The translations under genes were made by a program, and so were the position numbers. Below, piece after piece: positions 46,272-55,923 of a stretch of DNA of 64,000 nucleotides (positions are counted from its first letter, which is position 1; every line of letters begins with the position of its first letter). This DNA comes from Escherichia coli. Lineage in GTDB: Bacteria; Pseudomonadota; Gammaproteobacteria; Enterobacterales; Enterobacteriaceae. The DNA is taken from NCBI RefSeq assembly GCF_003334305.1, contig NZ_QOWS01000004.1, one strand, 5' to 3'. The notes below the pieces were generated by a model. The model saw only the letters and a list, made by a program, of their open reading frames with translations, searched no databases and was not told the origin of the DNA.

Positions 46272-46907
46272 CTAACTGAACAAGGCTTGTGCATGAGCAA
46301 TACCGTCTCTCGCCAGCTGCAAGGCTATAAACCACATGACACATCCCACTACCAGATTGATAATGCGCTGTGATTTTGCCGTGCGCAGGCGCGGTGCCAG
46401 CCAGGCTGCGAGAATAGCCAGCCCAAAGAACCACAGGAAAGAGGCGCTAATTGTCCCGAGCGCAAACCAACGTTTTGGTTCGACGTCAAGCTGCCCGCCA
46501 AGGCTGCCCAGTACAACAAAAGTATCCAGGTAAACATGCGGATTCAGCCAGGTCACTGCCAACATGGTGGCGATAATTTTCCATCTGCCTTGCTTCATGA
46601 CTTCGGCGCTGGCTAACTCAATATTACTGCTCATTGCTGTTTTAAAAGCGCCAAAACCATACCACAGCAAGAAGGCTACGCCGCCCCAGGTGACCAGCGC
46701 CAGCAACCACGGCGACTGCATCAATAACGCGCTGCCACCAAAAATCCCGGCGCAAATCAGGACCAAATCGCTGATAGCACAAAGTAAGGCAATCATAATG
46801 TGGTACTGACGACGTATGCCCTGATTCATCACAAAAGCATTTTGTGGGCCGAGCGGCAGAATCATAGCTGCCCCAAGAGCAAGACCTTGAAAGTAATAAG
46901 AAAACAC
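46272..46907 (-). CDS. argO: Arginine exporter ArgO (LysE family)
   Basis: 211-aa ORF encoding a hydrophobic LysE-type protein. Confidence 0.9.
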   Translation of the reverse strand: MFSYYFQGLALGAAMILPLGPQNAFVMNQGIRRQYHIMIALLCAISDLVLICAGIFGGSALLMQSPWLLALVTWGGVAFLLWYGFGAFKTAMSSNIELASAEVMKQGRWKIIATMLAVTWLNPHVYLDTFVVLGSLGGQLDVEPKRWFALGTISASFLWFFGLAILAAWLAPRLRTAKSQRIINLVVGCVMWFIALQLARDGIAHAQALFS

Positions 46908-47045
46908 GTTGGATATTCCGAATTAAGTATCTGATGCAGAGACTATATCGCGGGATTGTTATTAGCGGAAATTGATAATATTAATTGGCAATCAGAATAA
47001 CTAATAAGAGAGAGGCCAGAGAGTATTATCTGGCCTCAGCGTTGA

Positions 47046-47906
<861 letters not shown>

Positions 47907-48044
47907 TCAATATTCCTTTTCAACTGACTCAAAATGGAGAAATACACTCCGCCGCCTTATGACGGGCAGTCTGACAAGGGTAAACAATAAAGCATAATTT
48001 TGCCAAATAGATCACAGATTTCTCATCTGAATCACCTTGCTTTT

Positions 48045-48071
48045 GGCGAAAAAATCCCCGCAGAGCGGGGC
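48045..48071 (-). terminator. Terminator-like hairpin (distal copy) flanking the BIME
   Basis: Minus strand reads CCCCGCTCTGCGGGG followed by ATTTTTTCGCC. Confidence 0.5.
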
Positions 48072-48100
48072 TCAGACAGATATCAATGTGCGCTTTGTCA

Positions 48101-48200
48101 TGCCGGATGCGGCGTGAACGCCTTATCCGGCCTACAAAAACCTGCAAATTCAATATATTGCAGGATACGTGTAGGCCTGATAAGCGTAGCGCATCAGGCA
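48101..48200. repeat. BIME: two REP palindromic units in inverted orientation
   Basis: TGCCGGATGCGGCGTGAACGCCTTATCCGGCCTAC (48101-48135) and GTAGGCCTGATAAGCGTAGCGCATCAGGCA (48171-48200), matching the REP consensus, with a small central hairpin. Confidence 0.85.
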
Positions 48201-48211
48201 ATTTTGCTTTT

Positions 48212-48240
48212 GGCGAAAAAAAGACCCGCAGAGCGGGCCT
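48212..48240 (-). terminator. Rho-independent terminator of fbaA
   Basis: Minus strand reads GCCCGCTCTGCGGGT followed by CTTTTTTT, about 25 nt after the fbaA stop. Confidence 0.75.
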
Positions 48241-48263
48241 TGAGATAAGCAGAAAGGAATGAC

Positions 48264-49343
48264 TTACAGAACGTCGATCGCGTTCAGTTCCTGGAATGCT
48301 TTTTCCAGACGAGCGATCATCGAAGTCTGACCGGCACGCAGCCATACGCGCGGATCGTAGTATTTCTTGTTCGGCTGATCTTCGCCTTTCGGGTTACCCA
48401 GCTGACCCTGCAGATAAGCTTCGTTCGCTTTGTAGTAGTTCAGAACGCCTTCCCAGGTTGCCCATTGGGTATCGGTATCGATGTTCATTTTCACTACGCC
48501 GTAGCTTACGGAGTCTTTGATTTCCTGAGCAGTAGAACCGGAACCACCGTGGAATACGAAGTTCAGGCTGTTGTGCGGCAGGTTGTGTTTCTTAGAAACA
48601 TATTCCTGAGAATCACGCAGGATGGTCGGAGTCAGAACCACGTTACCCGGCTTGTAAACACCGTGTACGTTACCGAAGGACGCAGCGATGGTGAAACGCG
48701 GGCTGATTTTGCTCAGCTCGGTGTATGCGTAATCAACGTCTTCCGGCTGGGTGTACAGTGCAGAAGCGTCCATGTGGCTGTTGTCCACGCCGTCTTCTTC
48801 ACCACCGGTGCAACCCAGTTCGATTTCCAGAGTCATGCCGATTTTGGACATACGCTCCAGGTATTTAGAGCAGATTTCGATGTTCTCTTGCAGAGATTCT
48901 TCAGACAGGTCGATCATGTGAGAAGAGAACAGCGGCTTACCGGTAGCTGCGAAGTGTTTTTCACCCGCGTCCAGCAGACCGTCGATCCACGGCAGCAGTT
49001 TCTTCGCGCAGTGGTCAGTGTGCAGGATAACCGGAACACCATAATGTTCAGCCATCTGGTGAACGTGATGCGCACCAGAGATCGCGCCCAGGATAGCAGC
49101 ACCCTGCGGAACGTCAGATTTCACGCCTTTACCAGCGATAAAGGAAGCACCACCGTTGGAGAACTGAACGATAACCGGCGCTTTAACTTTAGCAGCAGTT
49201 TCCAGTACGGCGTTGATGGAGTCAGTACCGACGCAGTTTACTGCTGGCAGTGCGAAGTTGTTTTCTTTTGCTACCTGGAAAACTTTCTGTACGTCATCAC
49301 CAGTGATTACGCCAGGTTTTACGAAATCAAAAATCTTAGACAT
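48264..49343 (-). CDS. fbaA: Fructose-bisphosphate aldolase class II
   Basis: ORF 48264..49427; start MSKIFDFVKPG at 49343 gives 359 aa. Confidence 0.93.
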   Translation of the reverse strand: MSKIFDFVKPGVITGDDVQKVFQVAKENNFALPAVNCVGTDSINAVLETAAKVKAPVIVQFSNGGASFIAGKGVKSDVPQGAAILGAISGAHHVHQMAEHYGVPVILHTDHCAKKLLPWIDGLLDAGEKHFAATGKPLFSSHMIDLSEESLQENIEICSKYLERMSKIGMTLEIELGCTGGEEDGVDNSHMDASALYTQPEDVDYAYTELSKISPRFTIAASFGNVHGVYKPGNVVLTPTILRDSQEYVSKKHNLPHNSLNFVFHGGSGSTAQEIKDSVSYGVVKMNIDTDTQWATWEGVLNYYKANEAYLQGQLGNPKGEDQPNKKYYDPRVWLRAGQTSMIARLEKAFQELNAIDVL

Positions 49344-49354
49344 GTCTCTTGTCC

Positions 49355-49515
49355 TGTATCGTCGGGCCTTATACTCATCATACTTCAAGTTGCATGTGCT
49401 GCGTCTGCGTTCGCTCACCCCAGTCACTTACTTATGTAAGCTCCTGGGGATTCACTCTCTTGTCGCCTTCCTGCAACTCGAATTATTTAGAGTATGAAAA
49501 AATGCGTGCTCTAAA
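49355..49515. repeat. ERIC/IRU enterobacterial intergenic repeat
   Basis: Minus-strand core GTGAATCCCCAGGAGCTTACATAAGTAAGTGACTGGGGTGAGCG (plus 49412-49455) matches the ERIC consensus; flanking arms extend the element. Outer ends are approximate. Confidence 0.75.
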
Positions 49516-49557
49516 AGCGCGCTGAAACAAGGGCAGGTTTCCCTGCCCTGTGATTTT

Positions 49558-50721
49558 TTACTTCTTAGCGCGCTCTTCGAGCATCGCTACTGCAGGCAGT
49601 ACTTTACCTTCCACGAATTCGAGGAATGCGCCGCCGCCAGTGGAGATGTAGGAGATTTTGTCAGCAATGCCGAACAGGTCGATTGCTGCCAGAGTGTCGC
49701 CGCCGCCAGCGATGGAGAACGCTTCGCTGTCTGCGATAGCGTTAGCCACGATTTCAGTACCTTTGCGGAAGTTCGGGAATTCGAACACGCCAACCGGACC
49801 GTTCCACAGAATGGTTTTCGCATTCTTCAGGATTTCAGCCAGTTCCTGAGCGGAAGCATCACCGATATCCAGGATCTGCTCGTCAGCTTTCACATCGTTA
49901 ACAGATTTCAGGGTAGCCGGTGCAGTTTCAGAGAACTCGGTTGCTACGCGAACATCAGACGGAACCGGGATGTTGCAGGTGGTCAGCAGACGTTTAGCTT
50001 CGTCAACCAGGTCAGCTTCGTACAGGGATTTACCCACATCGTGGCCTTGTGCCGCGATAAAGGTGTTAGCGATACCACCACCAACAATCAGCTGGTCAGC
50101 GATTTTAGACAAGGAGTCCAGAACGGTCAGTTTGGTAGATACTTTAGAACCACCAACGATAGCCACCATCGGGCGAGCTGGTTCTTTCAGTGCTTTACCC
50201 AGCGCGTCCAGTTCAGCTGCCAGCAGCGGGCCTGCGCACGCAACGTCAGCGAATTTACCGATACCGTGAGTAGAAGCCTGCGCGCGGTGAGCAGTACCGA
50301 ATGCGTCCATTACGAACACGTCACACAGTGCAGCGTATTTTTTGGACAGGGTTTCGTCGTCTTTCTTCTCGCCTTTGTTGAAGCGAACGTTTTCCAGAAC
50401 AACCAGTTCACCTTCAGCAACGTCAACGCCGTCGAGGTAATCTTTAACCAGGCGAACCGGGTTAGACAGTTTGTCTTTCAGGTAGTTAACAACCGGCAGC
50501 AGAGAGAATTCTTCGTTGTACTCGCCTTCGGTAGGACGACCCAGGTGGGAAGTTACCATCACTTTTGCGCCTTGTTTCAGGGCCAGTTCGATGGTCGGCA
50601 GAGAAGCACGGATACGCGCGTCGCTGGTTACTTTCCCGTCTTTTACTGGTACGTTCAGATCCGCACGGATAAATACACGTTTCCCAGCAAGATCCAGATC
50701 GGTCATCTTAATTACAGACAT
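49558..50721 (-). CDS. pgk: Phosphoglycerate kinase
   Basis: ORF 49558..50784; start [10 protein letters not shown] at 50721 gives 387 aa. Confidence 0.93.
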
Positions 50722-50770
50722 GGTGAATCCTCTCGTTGATTCTAAAAGTTTTGCAGACGCTGCTTGCGTC

Positions 50771-51790
50771 TTACCTGAAAGCAACAGTAGCCATAGCTAA
50801 CGTCGTGTCGAGCATTCGGTTAGCAAAGCCCCATTCGTTATCGCACCAGACCAACGTTTTGATCAGGTGTGCGCCACTGACCCGGGTTTGGGTGCCATCG
50901 ACAATGGCACTGTGCGGATCGTGGTTAAAATCTACAGAGACCAACGGCAATTCCGTATAGTCAACTATACCATGAAATGCACCTTGTGCTGCTTTTTGCA
51001 GCAACAGGTTGACTTCATTGGCTTTTACAGGTTTCTTCACCGTCACGCTTAAATCGATTGCCGTCACATTTATGGTTGGCACACGTACCGCAATCGCTTC
51101 AAAGCGATCGTTAAATTGCGGAAAAAATCGTGTGATACCGGCGGCCAGTTTAGTATCGACCGGAATGATCGACTGGCTGGCTGCCCGGGTGCGACGCAGG
51201 TCAGGATGGTATGCATCAATAACCTGTTGATCGTGCATGGCGGAGTGAATTGTGGTCACAGTGCCGGACTCAATACCGTACGCATCATCTAACAATTTGA
51301 TGACGGGAATTATGCAATTCGTGGTACAGGAAGCGTTAGAAACGATGCGGTGTTCCGCACGAAGTTGATCCTGATTGACGCCGTAAACAACGGTCGCGTC
51401 GAGATCGTTACTGCCAGGATGTGAAAAGAGCACTTTTTTGGCCCCGGCGGCAATATGCGCTTCGCCATGCTCGCGGGAGCCATATACGCCGGTGCAGTCG
51501 AGGACTACATCAACGCCAAGTTCACGCCAGGGGAGCGATTGCAGTGAACGTTCATGCAATACGCGGATGGCGTCATCACCAACAAAAAGTTGATCGCGTT
51601 CCTGTCGTACTTCCCATGCAAAACGGCCATGGCTGGTGTCATATTTCAACAAATGCGCCATGCCCGCAGCATCCGCCAGTTCGTTGATTGCCACCACGGT
51701 AATTTCCGCCCGGCGTCCGGATTCATACAAAGCACGAACCACATTACGCCCGATGCGACCGAAGCCATTTATCGCTACGCGTACGGTCAT
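50771..51790 (-). CDS. epd: D-erythrose-4-phosphate dehydrogenase
   Basis: ORF 50771..51874; start [15 protein letters not shown] at 51790 gives 339 aa; GAPDH-family NAD motif NGFGRIGR. Confidence 0.92.
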
Positions 51791-51911
51791 AGATCTCCTG
51801 CAAGGTTTTCCCTGAGCAAATTTGCCAGACAGAGTAATCCAGCAAATCGTCCGGGGAAACCTTACCTGTCGCAAACTGCGACTGATTGGTTAATTGTCGA
51901 ACATTTAATCG

Positions 51912-51927
51912 ACTGAAACGCTTCAGC
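51912..51927. promoter_or_regulatory. Candidate Cra (FruR) operator upstream of epd
   Basis: ACTGAAACGCTTCAGC is a near-perfect palindrome of the Cra half-site TGAAAC, about 120 bp upstream of the epd start. Confidence 0.4.
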
Positions 51928-52017
51928 TAGGATAAGCGAAACGTGGAATAAAAGGAATGATTGTCCAGTCAAAGAAAGCAATTATCTGACTTACGTCACG
52001 TTTTCAGCCCCGCCCCT

Positions 52018-52033
52018 GTGGAATTTATTCCAC
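52018..52033. promoter_or_regulatory. Perfect 16-bp palindrome in the epd / ECF-operon divergent control region
   Basis: GTGGAAT-TT-ATTCCAC; an additional GTGGAATAAAAGGAATG half-site-like repeat lies at 51943-51959. Confidence 0.35.
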
Positions 52034-52161
52034 TTTGCAGAATCACGAATAAGCGTAGCAAAATCTTTTCGTTGTGCCGTCACAAACCCTGACTTATATC
52101 AGAATATGACTGATGCAGCGTCGATATTATCCGCAATACGTCCGAGTTTCGGAGTACTCCA

Positions 52162-52593
52162 ATGATGACATTGCCCTACCCATATTCTTCCTCCGCACGC
52201 TTTTACGCACTGCGCCTCCTCCCCGGGCAGGAAGTTTTTTCCCAGCTACACGCTTTTGCACAGCAGCATCAACTTCATGCCGCCTGGATTGCAGGCTGTA
52301 CCGGTAGCCTGACTGACGTCGCCTTGCGCTATGCCGGGCAAGAAGGCACCACGCTCCTGAACGGTACATTCGAAGTGATCTCACTAAACGGCACGCTGGA
52401 ACAGAGTGGTGAGCATCTTCATCTCTGCGTTTCCGATCCACACGGCACGATGCTTGGCGGTCATATGATGCCCGGCTGTACCGTGCGGACCACGCTTGAA
52501 CTGGTGATCGGTAGCCTTGAGGAACTGGCGTTTAGCCGCCAACCTTGCGCGCTTTCTGGTTACGACGAGTTGCATATTTCCCCCGTTAAATAA
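52162..52593 (+). CDS. Small cytoplasmic protein, tentatively PPC/DUF296-like
   Basis: 143-aa ORF with GGAG RBS 8 nt upstream; no TM segments; pattern LRLxPGxEV...GSL..V.LRYAG....LNGTFEVISLNGTL...HLHL.VSD..G...GGHMMPGCTV.TTLELVI resembles the DUF296 fold. No match to a K-12 protein that I know. Confidence 0.55.
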   Translation: MMTLPYPYSSSARFYALRLLPGQEVFSQLHAFAQQHQLHAAWIAGCTGSLTDVALRYAGQEGTTLLNGTFEVISLNGTLEQSGEHLHLCVSDPHGTMLGGHMMPGCTVRTTLELVIGSLEELAFSRQPCALSGYDELHISPVK

Positions 52594-52615
52594 CTACTTT
52601 CAAAGAGGTTTTCTT

Positions 52616-53194
52616 ATGGCGCGTAGCCACTTTTCCAGTCAGGCACTGGTGTTGATCGTTATATCTATCGCCATCAATATGATCGGCGGGCAACTGGCCA
52701 GCATGGTCAAATTACCTATATTTCTCGACTCCATCGGCACACTTATTAGCGCGGTACTGCTTGGTCCGGTGATCGGAATGCTGACCGGCTTACTGACCAA
52801 TTTACTCTGGGGATTGCTGACCAACCCGATCGCCGCCGCATTTGCACCCGTCGCGATGGTCATCGGCCTGGTCGCCGGTTGCCTGGCGCGAGCGGGTTGG
52901 TTTCGCACCCTGCCAAAAGTCGTTGTCAGCGGCGTGATTATTACGCTTGCGGTAACGGTCGTCGCTGTACCGCTGCGTACTGCGCTGTTCGGCGGTGTCA
53001 CCGGTAGCGGAGCCGATTTGTTCGTTGCCTGGATGCACTCGATGGGGCAAAACCTGGTGGAGTCGGTGGCGATTACGGTGATAGGCGCGAACCTGGTCGA
53101 TAAAATTCTTACAGCGGTGATTGTCTGGCTTTTACTGCGCCAGCTGCCGATTCGCACCACGCGCCATTTTCCGGCAATGGCTGCCGTGCGCTAA
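52616..53194 (+). CDS. ECF transporter substrate-capture (S) component, substrate unknown
   Basis: ORF 52517..53194; start MARSHF at 52616 behind an AAAGAGG RBS gives 192 aa with about six hydrophobic helices; its stop overlaps the next start (TAAATG). Confidence 0.6.
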   Translation: MARSHFSSQALVLIVISIAINMIGGQLASMVKLPIFLDSIGTLISAVLLGPVIGMLTGLLTNLLWGLLTNPIAAAFAPVAMVIGLVAGCLARAGWFRTLPKVVVSGVIITLAVTVVAVPLRTALFGGVTGSGADLFVAWMHSMGQNLVESVAITVIGANLVDKILTAVIVWLLLRQLPIRTTRHFPAMAAVR

Positions 53195-53902
53195 ATGCAT
53201 CCATTTACCTCATTAACACTGTGGGCATTGGCGGCCTGCACCACGCTTATCCTGCCCGCGCAGACCATTTTGCCAATCTATAGCGCGGCGACCTTTTTCT
53301 GCCTTATTGCGCTAAAGGCCACGCGGCGGCGGGCAAAATATGTCGTCTGGCTGATGTTCTCGCTGGGAGCCGGGCTGTGGCTGGTACACGGTGGCTGGCT
53401 ACCAGAATGGCTAAGCGGCACGCCACGCTCGCCAGAACGGTGGTCGCATGCTATTACGCTCTGGTTGCGGATTCTGGCGATTGTTTCAACCTCACAGTTG
53501 TGGATGCAGTACGTCCCCGTGCAATGTTTTATTCGCGCTCTGTTTGCTTCTCGCCTGCCGCCAGGCGTCGCTTATCTGTTTGCCGGGCCGTTATTGGTCG
53601 TTGAGCAGTTAAAACGGCAATTAGCGATTATTCATGAAGCGCAGCGTGCCCGCGGCGTGCCGCTGGATGAGGGCTGGTATCAGCGTTTACGTGCGATGCC
53701 CGCGTTAATTATTCCGCTAACACACAATGCGCTTAACGATCTGGCTGTCCGTGGTGCGGCGCTGGATATGCGGGCATTTCGGATCCACAACCGACGAACA
53801 ACGTTGTGGGCACCAGCCGATAGCACCCTACAACGCGTAGCGCGTTACACCATGATCTTGCTGATGCTGACAGAATTCGGAGCGTGGATATGGTTACGTT
53901 AG
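53195..53902 (+). CDS. ECF transporter transmembrane (T) component, EcfT/CbiQ family
   Basis: 235-aa polytopic protein with two Ala-Arg-Gly coupling-helix motifs (EAQRARGVP, LAVRGAAL). Confidence 0.65.
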   Translation: MHPFTSLTLWALAACTTLILPAQTILPIYSAATFFCLIALKATRRRAKYVVWLMFSLGAGLWLVHGGWLPEWLSGTPRSPERWSHAITLWLRILAIVSTSQLWMQYVPVQCFIRALFASRLPPGVAYLFAGPLLVVEQLKRQLAIIHEAQRARGVPLDEGWYQRLRAMPALIIPLTHNALNDLAVRGAALDMRAFRIHNRRTTLWAPADSTLQRVARYTMILLMLTEFGAWIWLR

Positions 53903-54567
53903 AACAGTTCCGTTATTGCCCGACACACTCAACGCATCCTCCGTTCTGTTATGACTTTCACTATGTCAAACCGGGGATGGTCGCCATCTTTGGTGACAAC
54001 GGCAGTGGCAAAAGTACGCTGGCACAGCTGATGGCGGGCTGGTATCCGGACTTTCTGCCAGGAGAGATAACAGGCACGGGGACGCTCCTCGGTACGCCCA
54101 TTGGGCATCTCCCGCTTAATGAACAATCCGCCACCATCCAGCTCGTCCAGCAATCGCCCTATTTGCAGCTCTCCGGCTGTACCTTTAGCGTGGAAGAAGA
54201 AGTTGCCTTTGGGCCAGAAAATCTGTGTCTTGCTGAAGCAGAGATTTCGGCGCGGATTGATGCCGCCCTGACTCTGACCGAGTGCCAGCCGTTGCGCCAT
54301 CGTCACCCGGCAACACTCTCCGGTGGAGAGACACAGCGCGTGGTCATCGCCTGCGCCATCGCGATGCAGCCAAAGCTCTTAATTCTTGATGAAGCCTTTA
54401 GCCGCCTGACTCCGCAGGCCAGCGAAATGCTGTTGCAGCGCTTACAACACTGGGCGTTTGAACGTGGTTCGCTGATTATTCTTTTTGAACGTCATCGCAC
54501 ACCTTTCCTGAACTACTGCCAGCAAGCGTGGCAATTGAAAAACGGAGCGCTCCAGCCACTATGTTAA
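53884..54567 (+). CDS. ECF transporter ATPase (A) component
   Basis: 227-aa ORF with Walker A GDNGSGKST, signature LSGGETQR and Walker B LLILDEA; its start overlaps the T-component 3' end. Confidence 0.75.
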   Translation: MDMVTLEQFRYCPTHSTHPPFCYDFHYVKPGMVAIFGDNGSGKSTLAQLMAGWYPDFLPGEITGTGTLLGTPIGHLPLNEQSATIQLVQQSPYLQLSGCTFSVEEEVAFGPENLCLAEAEISARIDAALTLTECQPLRHRHPATLSGGETQRVVIACAIAMQPKLLILDEAFSRLTPQASEMLLQRLQHWAFERGSLIILFERHRTPFLNYCQQAWQLKNGALQPLC

Positions 54568-55238
54568 CGTTAAATAAGATATCTTATCGCTGGCCTGGCG
54601 CGGCAACGGATTGTCTTTGCGACATTTCTCTGCAACTCAAACAAGGTGAATGGTTGGCGCTGACCGGCGACAATGGCGCGGGAAAATCGACGCTGTTACG
54701 AGTAATGGCAGGTCTTCTTACGCCCACAGCCGGTACGGTTATGCTGCAACAACAGGCGATGAAAAACCTGAAAAACCGCCAGCGCGCGGCAAAGGTTGGC
54801 GTACTGTTTCAGGAAGCGGAAAACCAACTTTTTCACAGCACCGTCGCTGACGAGATCGCATTTGGTTTGAAACTGCAAAAATGCCCGGCGGATGAAATCA
54901 CTCAACGTACCCATGCTGCCCTGCAATGTTGTCAGTTAGCAGACACTGCCAACGCGCACCCGTTGGATCTGCATAGTGCGCAGCGACGGATGGTCGCCGT
55001 CGCCTGCCTGGAAGCACTCTCTCCGCCACTATTGCTGCTGGACGAGCCGAGTCGGGATTTTGACGAAAATTGGTTGAGCGTGTTTGAAAGCTGGCTGGAG
55101 AAGTGCCGCCAGCGAGGCACGAGCGTCGTAGCAATCAGTCATGACGCCGCATTTACCCGGCGTCATTTCTCTCGTGTGGTGCGACTGGAAGATGGTCTAA
55201 TCAGGAACGTTAATCCACCAGACGATATTCACCCGTAG
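54561..55238 (+). CDS. ECF transporter ATPase (A') component with degenerate signature motif
   Basis: ORF 54528..55238; likely start MLTLNKISYR at 54561 (ATGTTAA overlap with the upstream stop). Walker A GDNGAGKST, Walker B LLLLDEP, H-loop SHD; the signature position reads LHSAQRR instead of LSGGQ. Confidence 0.7.
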   Translation: MLTLNKISYRWPGAATDCLCDISLQLKQGEWLALTGDNGAGKSTLLRVMAGLLTPTAGTVMLQQQAMKNLKNRQRAAKVGVLFQEAENQLFHSTVADEIAFGLKLQKCPADEITQRTHAALQCCQLADTANAHPLDLHSAQRRMVAVACLEALSPPLLLLDEPSRDFDENWLSVFESWLEKCRQRGTSVVAISHDAAFTRRHFSRVVRLEDGLIRNVNPPDDIHP

Positions 55239-55923
55239 CGGTCATCATTAAGGTCAAATTTGCAGGCAGACTCTCTTCCAGCACCCGGCGAACATTCGGC
55301 CCGTCGGTACGGTCATAAAAAGCTTCTGCGTCTGCCAGCGATACCCCTCCCGCCAGCTTGCGCCCTACCAGTCGTTCCCGCAACGCAGTAGCTGGCGCGT
55401 TGATAAAGATCGAGAAATCACAAAATTGCGCAAGCTGGCACCACTTCTCGTCGTCCAGCAACAACCAGTTTCCTTCGACGATGACGAGTGGTGCGGTAAC
55501 GTGCAACGCATCTTCAACAGGATCATGCTTTTGTCGATCATACTGCGGCCACGTACAATCCCCTTCCACGACCTGGCACAGATTTTCCGCCAGTTTCGCA
55601 ACGTCAAATGTCTCTGGTGCGCCTTTGAAGGGGCGCAATTGATGCGCATCCAGCCAGCTATTGTAATGGTGAAAACCATCCATCGGGAGCGTCTGGATAG
55701 CGGGTAATTCAGGGTCTTGTTGCGCGAGATATTCCCAGAAGGTAGTTAAGGTAGATTTACCCGTCCCCGGCGGAGCGCAAAGAAAAACCACCGTACGTCG
55801 CTGCGGACTTACCGTCTGTAAGGCCGCCAGCATACGCAGCAACGGTTTATGCACGCGTTCTATCTCTTCATCATGGTACTGCACTTGCACGTTCAGCCCA
55901 TTCACCGTTAATTCAATTTTCAC
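55210..55923 (-). CDS. yggC: P-loop kinase-like protein YggC
   Basis: 237-aa ORF with Walker A APPGTGKST; its 3' end overlaps the convergent ECF A' gene by 29 bp. Confidence 0.88.
   Translation of the reverse strand: MKIELTVNGLNVQVQYHDEEIERVHKPLLRMLAALQTVSPQRRTVVFLCAPPGTGKSTLTTFWEYLAQQDPELPAIQTLPMDGFHHYNSWLDAHQLRPFKGAPETFDVAKLAENLCQVVEGDCTWPQYDRQKHDPVEDALHVTAPLVIVEGNWLLLDDEKWCQLAQFCDFSIFINAPATALRERLVGRKLAGGVSLADAEAFYDRTDGPNVRRVLEESLPANLTLMMTATGEYRLVD

Noticed and set aside
48465-49439. 324-aa ORF antisense to fbaA, and similar antisense ORFs over pgk, gcvP, pepP, rpiA and uacT
   Set aside because: All lie opposite confidently identified genes and have low-complexity, Arg/Val-rich translations typical of antisense frames.
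51875-52161. Possible riboswitch upstream of the ECF operon
   Set aside because: ECF operons are often riboswitch-controlled, but I could not recognise any TPP, FMN, cobalamin, preQ1 or other conserved riboswitch core in the leader, which is only about 55 nt long after the candidate promoter.
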